A stretch of 63,617 nt of DNA, the filler included, from Trichomonas gallinae (lineage: Eukaryota): assembly GCA_008369845.1 (NCBI GenBank). It is 10 parts of 10 records of this genome, joined end to end, with 100 filler letters (N's around TTAATTAATTAA, not from the genome) between each part and the next. Parts side by side here need not be neighbours in the genome. Positions count along the whole stretch, not along the records: positions 44,213 to 52,957 come from MRSU01000507.1; positions 53,058 to 57,932 come from MRSU01000512.1; 8 more parts are not named here. One strand, written 5' to 3'. A program made the translations under genes and the position numbers. Each line of letters opens with the position of its first letter. Position 1 is the stretch's first letter. Positions 47,162 to 57,932 of this stretch are shown here, piece after piece. The notes beneath the pieces are model-generated. The model was not told where the DNA came from and did no database searches. It saw only the letters and a list, made by a program, of their open reading frames with translations.

Positions 47162-48112
47162 ATGATGCTTTCCCTTCTTATTCGCTCATCGCGACCATTC
47201 AGTGAGAAGGTGATAGAATCTGGTGTATGCAACCCATCATTGCCACGTACATTCAAGCACTATATATTAAACTTTTCTGGAAAACAACAGGTTTCACTAA
47301 ACGAAAAATTTAATATTACTATAACGTACGGACAAACAAATGGAAACAGAAGCTTATATTTATGCAAAATTAATCCCACAGTTCAATTAGATGAAATGAA
47401 GCAAAAAGAATCAAAGACTATAGTTTATACTATAAATGATACAAGCAAATCTGGTAATTATAATATTGGATTTTATGTCCAATTTAGCAAAACAATATCC
47501 GAATATCATAGATATAACTACGTCGTTGTTGATGGTGTAGTTCCAACACCATCTCCATTCCCATCAACAATACCTATTCCAACAACAAAGCCAACAACAC
47601 AACCAACAACAATACCAACAACACAACCAACTTCAAAACCAACAGAGCAACCAACATCAAAACCAACAACACAACCAACATCAAAACCAACAACACAACC
47701 AACATCAATACCAACAACACAATCAACATCAATGCCAACAGAACAGCCAACTTCTAAACCAACAGAACAACCAAGTAAAATGCCAACAAGAAGTGCAATG
47801 TTTACAAATTCAACTAGTTCTGATAGTGATGAAGGTGGAACACCACAAAATAAGAAGTTTCGATCATTTATTCTTATTGGAATAATTTGCACAATGGCTG
47901 TTTTTATCATTATTGCTATTATTTTGATTTTCATTCATTTCAGAAACTCTAGATCACAACTTGAAACAGAGACAGAAGTCGGTGATGAGCTGTCAGAAAC
48001 ACTACTCAGAGTTCCAACTGGAGATAACACAATAACTCTCGATAATCCTCTATTTTCATCAATGAATTACGATGAAAATCCACTGAGATCTGCTTTTGAT
48101 GATGATATTTAA
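47162..48112 (+). CDS. Ig-like + PT mucin-stalk single-pass surface protein (member 3)
   Basis: PTTQ/PTSK repeats, TM, tail LDNPLF. Confidence 0.9.
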   Translation: MMLSLLIRSSRPFSEKVIESGVCNPSLPRTFKHYILNFSGKQQVSLNEKFNITITYGQTNGNRSLYLCKINPTVQLDEMKQKESKTIVYTINDTSKSGNYNIGFYVQFSKTISEYHRYNYVVVDGVVPTPSPFPSTIPIPTTKPTTQPTTIPTTQPTSKPTEQPTSKPTTQPTSKPTTQPTSIPTTQSTSMPTEQPTSKPTEQPSKMPTRSAMFTNSTSSDSDEGGTPQNKKFRSFILIGIICTMAVFIIIAIILIFIHFRNSRSQLETETEVGDELSETLLRVPTGDNTITLDNPLFSSMNYDENPLRSAFDDDI

Positions 48113-48589
48113 GCCTACATCCATAGATGCCATTAGCTTTTCAAAATATTTGTTATTCAATCTATTTATTAAATAAAACTATCATCAATGAATCATACAA
48201 ATTTTATTACACATGATGTCAAACGACATTTGAATTTCCTGTCATTTTTTACTTATTGTTTATTATTTAACAATAATTATAATATTATCTAAAAAAATTA
48301 ATTGAATAAATATCGTTTTATTATCCCCATTGATTTCAATTATTTTTCCAGATTTTAATATCACATAGACTATTTTACTGCTTATCTGAAATGCTTGATC
48401 TATATTTATTAATTTTTACAATGATGTGAAAAAATATTAAAAAATTGAATTCATTTTGATCCCCAGATCATTTTCTTTCTCAAATTATGAAATGCTTTAA
48501 TGACATAAATAAACAATAATTATTAAAATGACAACAAAAACAATTTCATTAATTTTCATGTTCGCCAAAAACCATAAATATCATTATTT

Positions 48590-49741
48590 ATGGCATTTGT
48601 TTTTCTCATTTCTATTCTTAAAATCAAGGAAATGACTCCTAGCAATGAACACCTGCATAGTTCTCGCACAACATTAGAAAACTACCAAAAATTAGTTCAA
48701 AACAAATTTCGTTCAGTTTTAGACAAATACAAACCACCTAAAATAAAACTAATCAGTAAAATAGAAAATTATTATGCGCTAAATACTACAGTACACATAG
48801 AAATAGAATATTCGAATAGAGTTCCAAAAGAAAATGTGTCTATATGAAAAAGGAAATTCACATTACATTTATTCAGAAAAAAATCACAGAAGCAAAACTT
48901 ATACATTTAATTACAAGACATCATCAAGAGGAACTTATAACTTTGTATTTTACGATGAAGATGAACATGGACATAGATCCAATGACCTTCCAACTATTAT
49001 TGTTGTTAAAGGATCTAAACCAAAAATAACAAAATATCCTAATCCAAATTATTATTATCATCCATGAGATACTGTAACATTTACAGCCCAAATATTCGAC
49101 AATGAACCAAATGAAAATGTTGTAATATCAAAACAATATGAAAATGCAAATAAAGTTAAAATAGATGAATTTCAAACTTCGAATGAATCAAAAACAATTG
49201 ATGTAACTGTAAATATTCCATCCAATGAAGCTCCAGGAACAAAAACAATTTATATTTACGCATTAGATAGTGAATTTGAAGTAAATGAAAAATTAGAAAT
49301 CACAATTCTAAAAAATCAAGATCAAACACCAACATCAACTCCAGAAATACACTACCATCACAAACAACATTTTAAATAACAGCAATTACACCTTCTAACA
49401 CAGTATATTCTGATATAGATACAAACAGCACTGAAAGTGCACAAGGTGGAGATGCAACTAAAATTAAAATTCGTACCGGCGCAATTACAGCTATTATTTT
49501 CGCAATTATCATTGTTATAGTTATTGTAGTTGCAGCGATACTTTTTCGTCTTAGAAATAATGAGCATGATTCAGAAACCGGAATTGAGATGGTGCAAGAA
49601 TCAATTGTTGGCATCCCTGCAAACAGAATAACAGTCGAAAGTTCTCTTTTTGCATCAATTATCGATGAAACAGAAACAGATGTATATAGAAATCAATCGG
49701 ATGAAATAGAAACAGCCGATGTGTTTGAAGCAGATGATTAA
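48590..49741 (+). pseudogene. Pseudogenised member 4 of the surface-protein array
   Basis: Frameshift near 48840. In-frame TGA at 49065 where the paralog has GGA (YYHP*DTV vs YYPGDTV). Frameshift and stop near 49350-49378, then an intact TM and acidic tail to TAA at 49739-49741. Confidence 0.85.
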
Positions 49742-50875
49742 GTTTTTGTTATATTAATATTATTTTCCTTTTATTAGAACAATTCAAGCTTTTCACGACG
49801 AAATAATTATACTTATATCAATTATAAGTGGAAAACAATATAGTATTAAAAGAAAAATCGAAGTTCATATTCCTTATTTAAATTGATATCAACAAATAAT
49901 CACATATTTTAGAACCAATTCATTCGAAAATGATAGATATGATATCAATAGTATATTAGACAGCTTAATGTTCAATTTAATTCAATTTTCTATATTTTTC
50001 AAATTTTAGATTTAAATTGGTGTTTTTCAAGTTAATCAAACTCCTAAAATCATATTAATTCGATATTAAACAAAATCATGAAATTAATTTTCAAAATTTA
50101 CACTAAAAATGGCAGACAGAGTAAATTATTATTTACTCGTGCATATCTCAAATATGTTTTATTGTCGTTTGCTTTTCCTTCTAAAATAACACATGTTTAG
50201 CATTGTCAAAATTTTCAAAACTATCCTTAAACTTATTTGTATCAATTTGAATTTGGCCCAACCCGGAGTTACTCCATCAAGCAATAGTATTAAATTTTCA
50301 TTAGTAGCAAATTTTTGATGAACGTTAAAATTTAGAAATTCTAAACTACTACTAAATTTTCGTTAGTAGCAATAGAAATATCTTTTTATGATATTTTAGA
50401 TATCATTATATTGAAGTGATTCAAATAAATTCTTTACAAAAATTTATTCCTTGAATTCTTTTTGATTATTTTTCCCTAATTTTTTGATTGAACTTGCTGT
50501 TACTCATTTCCCTTAGATAGAAAATCAAACTTTTTTTTCTTTATATTTTTGTCAGTAAATATCTCACAGGCAGCCATCATTTAAAATTTGCTTATATAAA
50601 CACAAAAAGATTACAACTCAATAAAAACAAGATGATTGTTCAATTCAGAAATAATTTGTATTTGCACAAAAATTGAATGCATATCGTTTAATGATCTCCA
50701 TTATTTTTTTTATTTAGTCATGATTTCACGCTATATATTAAAATATAATTCCAAAATAAATTGAAAGCGATTTGATCCCAAAACATTTCTTCACAAAAAT
50801 GAAAAACCATATTATACCATATGTATACAAGAATTAGTAAAATTATTTCTTTAAAAAAACTTTCAGTTATTTTCA

Positions 50876-52342
50876 ATGAATCGATTTTTGGTTTCAACAT
50901 CATTAATACTTATTGCAATTCTAACCGCAACAACATTATTGTTACCTACTTCTAGTACAGTGATAAACGACAAATCATCAAATCATGTACATCTCAAATC
51001 TTTTGGAGCAATTACGAAGGCTAATGTTAATTCATGTCCTACATCAGGAAAATGTTATAGTCCGAGTAATAAAGTTTGGCTAAATATTGATGAACAATAT
51101 TCTATTATTTATACCAAACTAAATTCTGAAGTTAACATCCCAATAGAATTTGGAATGACTGACACTAGTGTTAAAAATGCATATCTTTTTATTAGCAGTT
51201 CGAGCGCATCTGCTTTTACTACAAAAGGAACATTAAGCAAAACATTTAATTATAGATTTTCGGCCAAAAGAACTGGACGTGTCCCGCTACAAATACATGT
51301 ATCCGACACTGGTTCAGAAACAACACCATATAAAAACATTGATATTTATATTGAAGATATTACAATCACCAAGGAACCAAATCCATGCTATTATCCGGGA
51401 GACACTGTGAAATTTTCTGCAAATATATATATACAACCTAGTGAAATGGTTAGTGTAAAGCAACAATTTCAAAATAACGAGATCACAGATGTTACTAAAT
51501 TATCTTTACGTAATAATCCAGAGCCAGTTGATTTTACATATAAAATTCCTTTGAACGAAGTGCCAGATGAAAAGACAATAACAATTTATGCATCCAATAA
51601 TGTTGGACGAGAAATCACATATAAATTAAAAATTAAGGTGATTAAACTACCTGATCGAAGTCCATTTTTGACACCATCAACGACACCAAATTCAACTCCA
51701 TCATCGACACTAAGTTCAACTCCATCATCGACACCAAGTTCAACGCCATCATCGACACCAAGCTCAACTCCATCATCAACACAAAAATCAACTCCATCAT
51801 CGACACCAAGTTCAACACCATCATCGACACCAAGCTCAATTCCATCATCAACACCAAGTTCCACTCCAAATACAACACCAAGCTCAATTCCATCATCAAC
51901 ACCAAGTTCCACTCCAAATACAACACCATTAATAATTCCACCCAAAAAACCAGATATGAATCCTTCACGAACACCTCAAGAAAAAGCAAATTCTAGTTTG
52001 TTACAAGAATATCCTAATACTACAAAAAATAACAATAATTTTCCATTAGGTGCTATCATTGGGATTGTTTGTGGATTATTAGTTTTGGCTATTGTAATAG
52101 TTGTTTTGATTTTTGTTATTATGAGAAAATCTGATGATGATGCAAAGAGTGAAGTTACTGATGATGAATTAGCTCAAGAAACAGTAATCATTCTAAACTC
52201 GGCAGATGTAATTTCTACTGCAGATAACCCATTATTTACTACAACTGTTTGTGACTCTGAAATAGATCCTTTTGACGATGGTTTTGAAGCAGATGATATA
52301 CAAGGCTTGTTTTCTGTACGGAACGAAGACGGCATTCTATAG
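50876..52342 (+). CDS. Two Ig-like domains + STPS stalk single-pass surface protein (member 5)
   Basis: Signal peptide, beta-rich repeats, STPS repeats, TM, tail ADNPLF..IDPFDDGF. Confidence 0.92.
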   Translation: MNRFLVSTSLILIAILTATTLLLPTSSTVINDKSSNHVHLKSFGAITKANVNSCPTSGKCYSPSNKVWLNIDEQYSIIYTKLNSEVNIPIEFGMTDTSVKNAYLFISSSSASAFTTKGTLSKTFNYRFSAKRTGRVPLQIHVSDTGSETTPYKNIDIYIEDITITKEPNPCYYPGDTVKFSANIYIQPSEMVSVKQQFQNNEITDVTKLSLRNNPEPVDFTYKIPLNEVPDEKTITIYASNNVGREITYKLKIKVIKLPDRSPFLTPSTTPNSTPSSTLSSTPSSTPSSTPSSTPSSTPSSTQKSTPSSTPSSTPSSTPSSIPSSTPSSTPNTTPSSIPSSTPSSTPNTTPLIIPPKKPDMNPSRTPQEKANSSLLQEYPNTTKNNNNFPLGAIIGIVCGLLVLAIVIVVLIFVIMRKSDDDAKSEVTDDELAQETVIILNSADVISTADNPLFTTTVCDSEIDPFDDGFEADDIQGLFSVRNEDGIL

Positions 52343-52878
52343 AATGGTATATATATATATATATTCTGTTCTTGATAAATAAATGTTTCTACTATCTAGC
52401 ATATTATTATTGTTAAATCTAATTGAGAATACATCAAAGCACCAATATTTACTGTTTCGTATTGTAATCTATTGCCAAGACAAATGATTTTTTTTTACAT
52501 CTTTATTTCAAGGTATATATTTTCGTGCATTCCTTTTTATCCTGATTTGTGAGAACTCTTTGAATCGATACTGTATTGCATCTGGTATGAATATATATTT
52601 GAAGTTTCAGATTTTCCTTCAAATCCTTCAATTTATAATGCTTAAGCATGTACATTATTGTATCAAAATTGGCTAATGACTTGATACGATCTATGAATAT
52701 ATTTAGAATCGATATGATTGAGAGAATAAATGAAATCGCTTAATTTTTTATTTTGTTTTCAAATCTCACTTTAATAAAAGTCCAAGATTTAAGATTAAAA
52801 TATAGCAATCATATTGTTTATCATTAATACATAAATTATCGATTTCCTTGAATTTTAAATTATGTTTTTATTTAAATC

Positions 52879-52957
52879 TTAAGGGACCGTTCTAACCGTT
52901 TTTTGTAAACTTTACAACGGAAAAAATTTTGCATTTTTGCACCTATTTTGATCAAGA
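52879..52957 (+). mobile_element. Probable Kolobok-like transposon left end (TTAA|GGG..)
   Basis: TTAA followed by GGGACCG starts 79 nt before the gap. A TTAA target with RR termini is the Kolobok signature. Confidence 0.6.
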
Positions 52958-53368
52958 NNNNNNNNNNNNNNNNNNNNNNNNNNNNNNNNNNNNNNNNNNN
53001 NTTAATTAATTAANNNNNNNNNNNNNNNNNNNNNNNNNNNNNNNNNNNNNNNNNNNNATTTTTTAAATGATAAAATTATGACATGTAAACTAAATTTACA
53101 TAAAAAAAATATAAAAACGTGCCAAAAGCTAGTTTTTAAATAATAAATTACGAAAAAAAATATTGAATTTCAAGTAGAATGAGTATAAAAATAAGAAAAA
53201 GAAGAAAAAGGAAAAATATAAAAATAATAATGCACATTGTTGTTTGTGTGGCACCAGGGACTGAAGGCGCAGCGGCGCTATCATCGCCGGAGGCCCGATT
53301 TATTTTTTTCGACCCCCGACGTCCCCCAATATGTGAACCATATAATTTCTGATAAAATAACTCATAAT

Positions 53369-56300
53369 ATGGTTAAAGTCCAATTCGATCCCGATCTATC
53401 AGAGGATCCGAAGGACCAACCAGTTGAAAGCAACTTAACAGACTCCAACAAGCTCAATATGACAGAATTTGGCCTTTCATTCATAACATTTTACTTCTCA
53501 AGGATTTCATTCTGGTATTATTTCTCAATTTTTATATTGCAATTGTGCGTAGAGACTCCAATATACTTTGTGTCTACACTTATCCCAATGCTTTTCACAT
53601 TTGCGTCTTCTGTCGCGATCTATATTTTACAATCAGTCAGCAAAAGGAAACTAAATGCAGAAACAGATAAAAATAAAGTCATAGTTCGCAGAAATAGACA
53701 ATGGGTTGAAATATTACAGAAAAATATTAAAAGCGGTGATGTAATCAAACTTCATAACGGAGATATTGCGCCTTGTGACGTCATTTTACTAGGAACGGGC
53801 AGAAATATGCAAATAGCAGTAAACACTCGAATAATTGATGGAAAAAATCAGCTTCGTTCAAAAAAACCAATACAAACTAACACAGATATGTTTCAGCCAT
53901 CGAATATTCTAACAACAAACTTCTCAATGGACTACAAGCGAATACCAGAAGATGTTCTTCCGCCACTAACAGAAAGAGTTCAATTCGATGGTACTCTTGA
54001 ATGCGGAGAACAAACATTCCAAGTCTCAAATGAGCAATTTATCGAGAAATTTTCGATCGTTTATCACACAGATGACATCATTGTCGGTGCTGTTTACACT
54101 GGTAGTGATTGTAGATGTTCATTACACAGCAAAACTGGATATTTCCGCTCAACACTATTAGAAAAGCAACTCAACAGACAAAATATAATACAAATACTAC
54201 TGATTTTCTTCCTTTCAACAGTAGGGGCAATAGTTTCAATGTTTTATCGAAATGAAGCTGGAGATTGGGCATCAACAACATCAATGTTGCCATTACAATA
54301 CTATACAAGAAGCTTTGCCAACTTTTTAGTCCTTTTAACTCCACTTTCTCCTCTTGAATTATATATAATGATAGATATTTCATTATTTATACATTCGTTC
54401 TTCCTAAAAAATGCTACACTTTCATCTGTAAACAGATTGGATGAGTTAACTCACATAGATTCTGTTGTTGCTTCAAAATCTCTTTTACTCGGCACTCTTC
54501 CGCCAACAATCAAGCGAATTTATGTGTCAGGACAAATGTTTGGGCAATCATTAACATCACAGCAGCTTTCTGAGTCAGGATCTCCAAATCCAGAAAATAC
54601 AGTTTTCGATGAAACATTTTTCCCTGAAAATACACATGATCCGTTTATTGGGCTCTTTTTGGAGCACATCGCAGTATGCCATCAAGCAACTGTCCAATAT
54701 GATAATAATTTTATTTCATTTATTTCATCAATTCCAGCAGAAGAACCATTGCTGAGACTAGCTTATAAAAATGGTCTCACATTTATGGGAAGGGGCAAGA
54801 ATAACATGATTATCTTGAATTCAACAAATTTAACAGATATATTACTGGGAACAGGATTCACACAGTATCCGAATACATCTGATGCATTTTTCAGCCAAGT
54901 AATCTATATCCCAGCATCAAAGCAGCATCCGAGAATGTCTGCATTAATCAGAAACAAAGGTGCAAGTCTTTTATTCACACGCTGGAGTGTTGGCGAAGAT
55001 GTCAGCCTCGATGGACTTCCAATACAGATATTAAAAGATCTCCAGGGCCAAGGTTTGCAAGTTTCAATTTTTTCATACAAAGAAATTTCGAACAACGACT
55101 TGAACTTTTCCGGGCCAGATTTGATCCAGAAATTCGCCGAATTAGAGAAAACCAGCACATTCCTCGCCATGGTAGGCTTCGAGGACCCGCCAAGAGATGG
55201 TGTTCTCGCCTTTATCAACAGAGTTAGATGGAGTGGAATCCAAATAGTTTTGCCTTCTCAGTCAGGAAGATCAACATTAATAACTCACGCACTAAGTTTA
55301 GGCGTTCTAAAGAAGAACCAAGATCCAATGATACTAAGAGGCAGCACGCAGCTTGACGTTGACGCAGAGCTGGAGAGGATGTCATCAAATATAGGAGCAT
55401 TCGATGACTCTTTGCTAGCATCTGGCTCGCAGATACAATTCATTGTCGCGTCAAAAGTTAAAAACGTGATACAATTGTTGAAATTTTTCACAGTGATTTT
55501 GATAGAAAACTGTGAGTCAAATCAAGTGCAGGACCTCGTGACATACATGAGGCGGTCGGGGAAGATGACTGTCATAGGCATTGGCCAGTCTATATCGGAC
55601 AGCGCCTACATGGCTGCTTCTTCGATGTCTATAACCGTCACAGATGATTCTCCGACTCCTTGCGGCATCGTCAGCGACCTAACTGTTGAAAGGTTCGACC
55701 ATTTAAGCGAGATAATCTTCGTAACCTGCTCGTGGTTGTATGACAGAATCACAACAATGATCAACTTCACTATTCCACGCGATTCATTCATCGCTTTCAT
55801 GCAACTTTCTTACCAGTTCCAGGCAGCCTTTTCAGGCACTCCGCTCTTCACTGGGCCTCTTCTCTTATCAATTTTGCTGTTTAGTGGAGCTCCAGCTGTC
55901 TCACGGTCAGTGTTGAACAAGCGAGTTGATGAATATATACTCAGAACATCGCCGCAGCAGAGATACTTGAAGCAGAAGAAAGTAGTAAGGCTTTCTTTCT
56001 CAAGATTTGCAATTTCGACAACATTGAGTTTGCTCGGCTCTATATTCACTATTTGGTTCAAAGCGATTGTTGATCATGACGTCAGGCGCCCGTATAATGA
56101 TACAATCAGTCTCCCACAGTTCAGGTATTCTATATGCGCGACATTCATTCTGTCTTGTGTAGCGTGGACTGCGACGCAAACAGATACATGGACACTGGCT
56201 CACAATATATTTTTGTTCGGATCATTGATAATCTTCTTCATGGGGTATGGATTAGTCACAGATACACAAGGAACGGCGCCGAGCTCAGGAGTTTCTTCTT

Positions 56301-56458
56301 CGATGTCTACTTCAATAATTTCGACATTGTCAACATTTTTGTTCCCAATCATATCAGTTTTCCTTCAATTCTCTTACACACTATTCAAGAGATTCATTGA
56401 ACAAGAAAGACAGGATATACGCCACAATATTCCGCAAGAAACTATCGAATTATTATAA
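53369..56458 (+). CDS. P4-type ATPase (flippase)-like protein with degenerate catalytic motifs
   Basis: IKSGDVIKL..PCDVILL, AVYTGSD, IAVCH, LAMVGFED and a multi-TM C-terminus. ATG at 53369 follows TCATA; the ORF track start is a TTG. Confidence 0.9.
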   Translation: MVKVQFDPDLSEDPKDQPVESNLTDSNKLNMTEFGLSFITFYFSRISFWYYFSIFILQLCVETPIYFVSTLIPMLFTFASSVAIYILQSVSKRKLNAETDKNKVIVRRNRQWVEILQKNIKSGDVIKLHNGDIAPCDVILLGTGRNMQIAVNTRIIDGKNQLRSKKPIQTNTDMFQPSNILTTNFSMDYKRIPEDVLPPLTERVQFDGTLECGEQTFQVSNEQFIEKFSIVYHTDDIIVGAVYTGSDCRCSLHSKTGYFRSTLLEKQLNRQNIIQILLIFFLSTVGAIVSMFYRNEAGDWASTTSMLPLQYYTRSFANFLVLLTPLSPLELYIMIDISLFIHSFFLKNATLSSVNRLDELTHIDSVVASKSLLLGTLPPTIKRIYVSGQMFGQSLTSQQLSESGSPNPENTVFDETFFPENTHDPFIGLFLEHIAVCHQATVQYDNNFISFISSIPAEEPLLRLAYKNGLTFMGRGKNNMIILNSTNLTDILLGTGFTQYPNTSDAFFSQVIYIPASKQHPRMSALIRNKGASLLFTRWSVGEDVSLDGLPIQILKDLQGQGLQVSIFSYKEISNNDLNFSGPDLIQKFAELEKTSTFLAMVGFEDPPRDGVLAFINRVRWSGIQIVLPSQSGRSTLITHALSLGVLKKNQDPMILRGSTQLDVDAELERMSSNIGAFDDSLLASGSQIQFIVASKVKNVIQLLKFFTVILIENCESNQVQDLVTYMRRSGKMTVIGIGQSISDSAYMAASSMSITVTDDSPTPCGIVSDLTVERFDHLSEIIFVTCSWLYDRITTMINFTIPRDSFIAFMQLSYQFQAAFSGTPLFTGPLLLSILLFSGAPAVSRSVLNKRVDEYILRTSPQQRYLKQKKVVRLSFSRFAISTTLSLLGSIFTIWFKAIVDHDVRRPYNDTISLPQFRYSICATFILSCVAWTATQTDTWTLAHNIFLFGSLIIFFMGYGLVTDTQGTAPSSGVSSSMSTSIISTLSTFLFPIISVFLQFSYTLFKRFIEQERQDIRHNIPQETIELL

Positions 56459-57855
56459 TAGTTTTATTTTGTTTGTATATAATAAATATATTTTACCATT
56501 TTTCTATTTGCATCAACTCTAATCTGTATATCGATTAGTTTATCTCTTATGAAAAATTTGAATTAGTACTAAAAAATGAATATAATAGAATTATAATGAA
56601 TTGCATTGTTTGCTTTTTAATTTAAGCAGAGATTAACGAGAAATTGAACATAGTTAAGTTAACAAAAAACCTCGGAAGAAGTTTCATTAAGGCAAAGTAC
56701 CCATTTCAAGAACTAGAGAATTCTCTATGGACCAAAATCATAATATAACAGTGTCATCATCACATATATATATATATTTTGCAAAAAAATTATTAGATAT
56801 AAAACTAATATCGTAATTACGCCATAACATCGTATCCAAACCTTCTATTTTTCAATAAGATCTCGATATCCACGGGAAAATATAGGGCAAAAAATTCGAA
56901 ATTTTGGAACATAAAATGTAACACAGAACTTTTGATGAAACCTAAATAGACTCATAGTATACATGTACGTGATCAGCATACTTCACTATTGATCGACATA
57001 AAGTCAAAGAATATCATTTTATGATACTTTAAAACTCAATAATGAAGAAATTTAGAAACATTACGCAATATTTATCAAAGTCATAAATGATTCCATCAAA
57101 ATATAGAAAGTCGTATTTTAAACAAACAAAAAACTGTGAATTTTGCTCTTTTATCAAGAATTCGACTCGTAATTTGTCCATTTATTGCACAGATCATAAT
57201 AAAAACTTTGGTTTTTCAAAATAATATGATGATGAAATACATAAGACGATCCATAAACAAGTGTAATTCGAAGATGAAAAAAACATCGAGTCTGTACGCC
57301 ATCCAACAGAAAGGAATAAGAAGATCGAGATGAAACTCTGCTTGTTTCAGCGCTATTCCACGTGTATAGATCCTTAAATTATTGCATTCCCATTATACCA
57401 TCCGGTAAATTATTTTTCATGTTCAATATTTGCTATTTTTATTTTTATGTCCGTATTCAATGGCTAAAACAAACCATATAAAATCATATTGAGATCTTAT
57501 ATTTCAGGTATGATTTTTTATACAGGGGGCAACCTATTTTATTCGTCGAAAAATACAAATGTTTATAGAATGCTTATGCTTATTATATAAGGCGTCTATG
57601 CTTGCTACTTGATTAACAAAGTTTAGCATTATTCATCTCTAGGCAAATAATCCTAGGAGTCACTAAGAATTGCCTTATGGGCAAATAACAACTTGTGGAG
57701 ATGTTTGCAAAGAGATATGATACTTCCCATATGATACTTGCAAGTCAATGCTTATCATAAAAATTCGGCATAAAGTAATATATCTGACATGTAAATTATA
57801 CAAATTGATAACCGGATATGACAATATGTCATGTAAAACAGGCCTTTTTGCTTTA

Positions 57856-57932
57856 TATAGTCAGAAGAAAAAATGGCAAACGCGGGAAAAATAGGCAAAC
57901 GCTACCTTAGAAGCATAATAGAGCCCCCAAAC
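57856..57932 (+). mobile_element. DNA-transposon terminus, TA|TAGTCAG family, copy 2
   Basis: 77-nt exact reverse complement of 29376-29452, running into the gap. Confidence 0.85.

Noticed and set aside
49065..49067. In-frame TGA as read-through or selenocysteine
   Set aside because: It aligns to Gly (GGA) in the paralog and co-occurs with frameshifts, so it is ordinary pseudogenisation.
45606..51989. Antisense ORFs with GVIDG/VELGVDDG/GCVVG repeats
   Set aside because: They are shadow frames of the S/T/P mucin stalks on the + strand.
29375..57932. One 28-kb composite transposon or Maverick bounded by the 77-bp inverted repeats
   Set aside because: The TA termini face the enclosed host genes and the element bodies point outward into the gaps. 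No transposase or viral genes lie between them.
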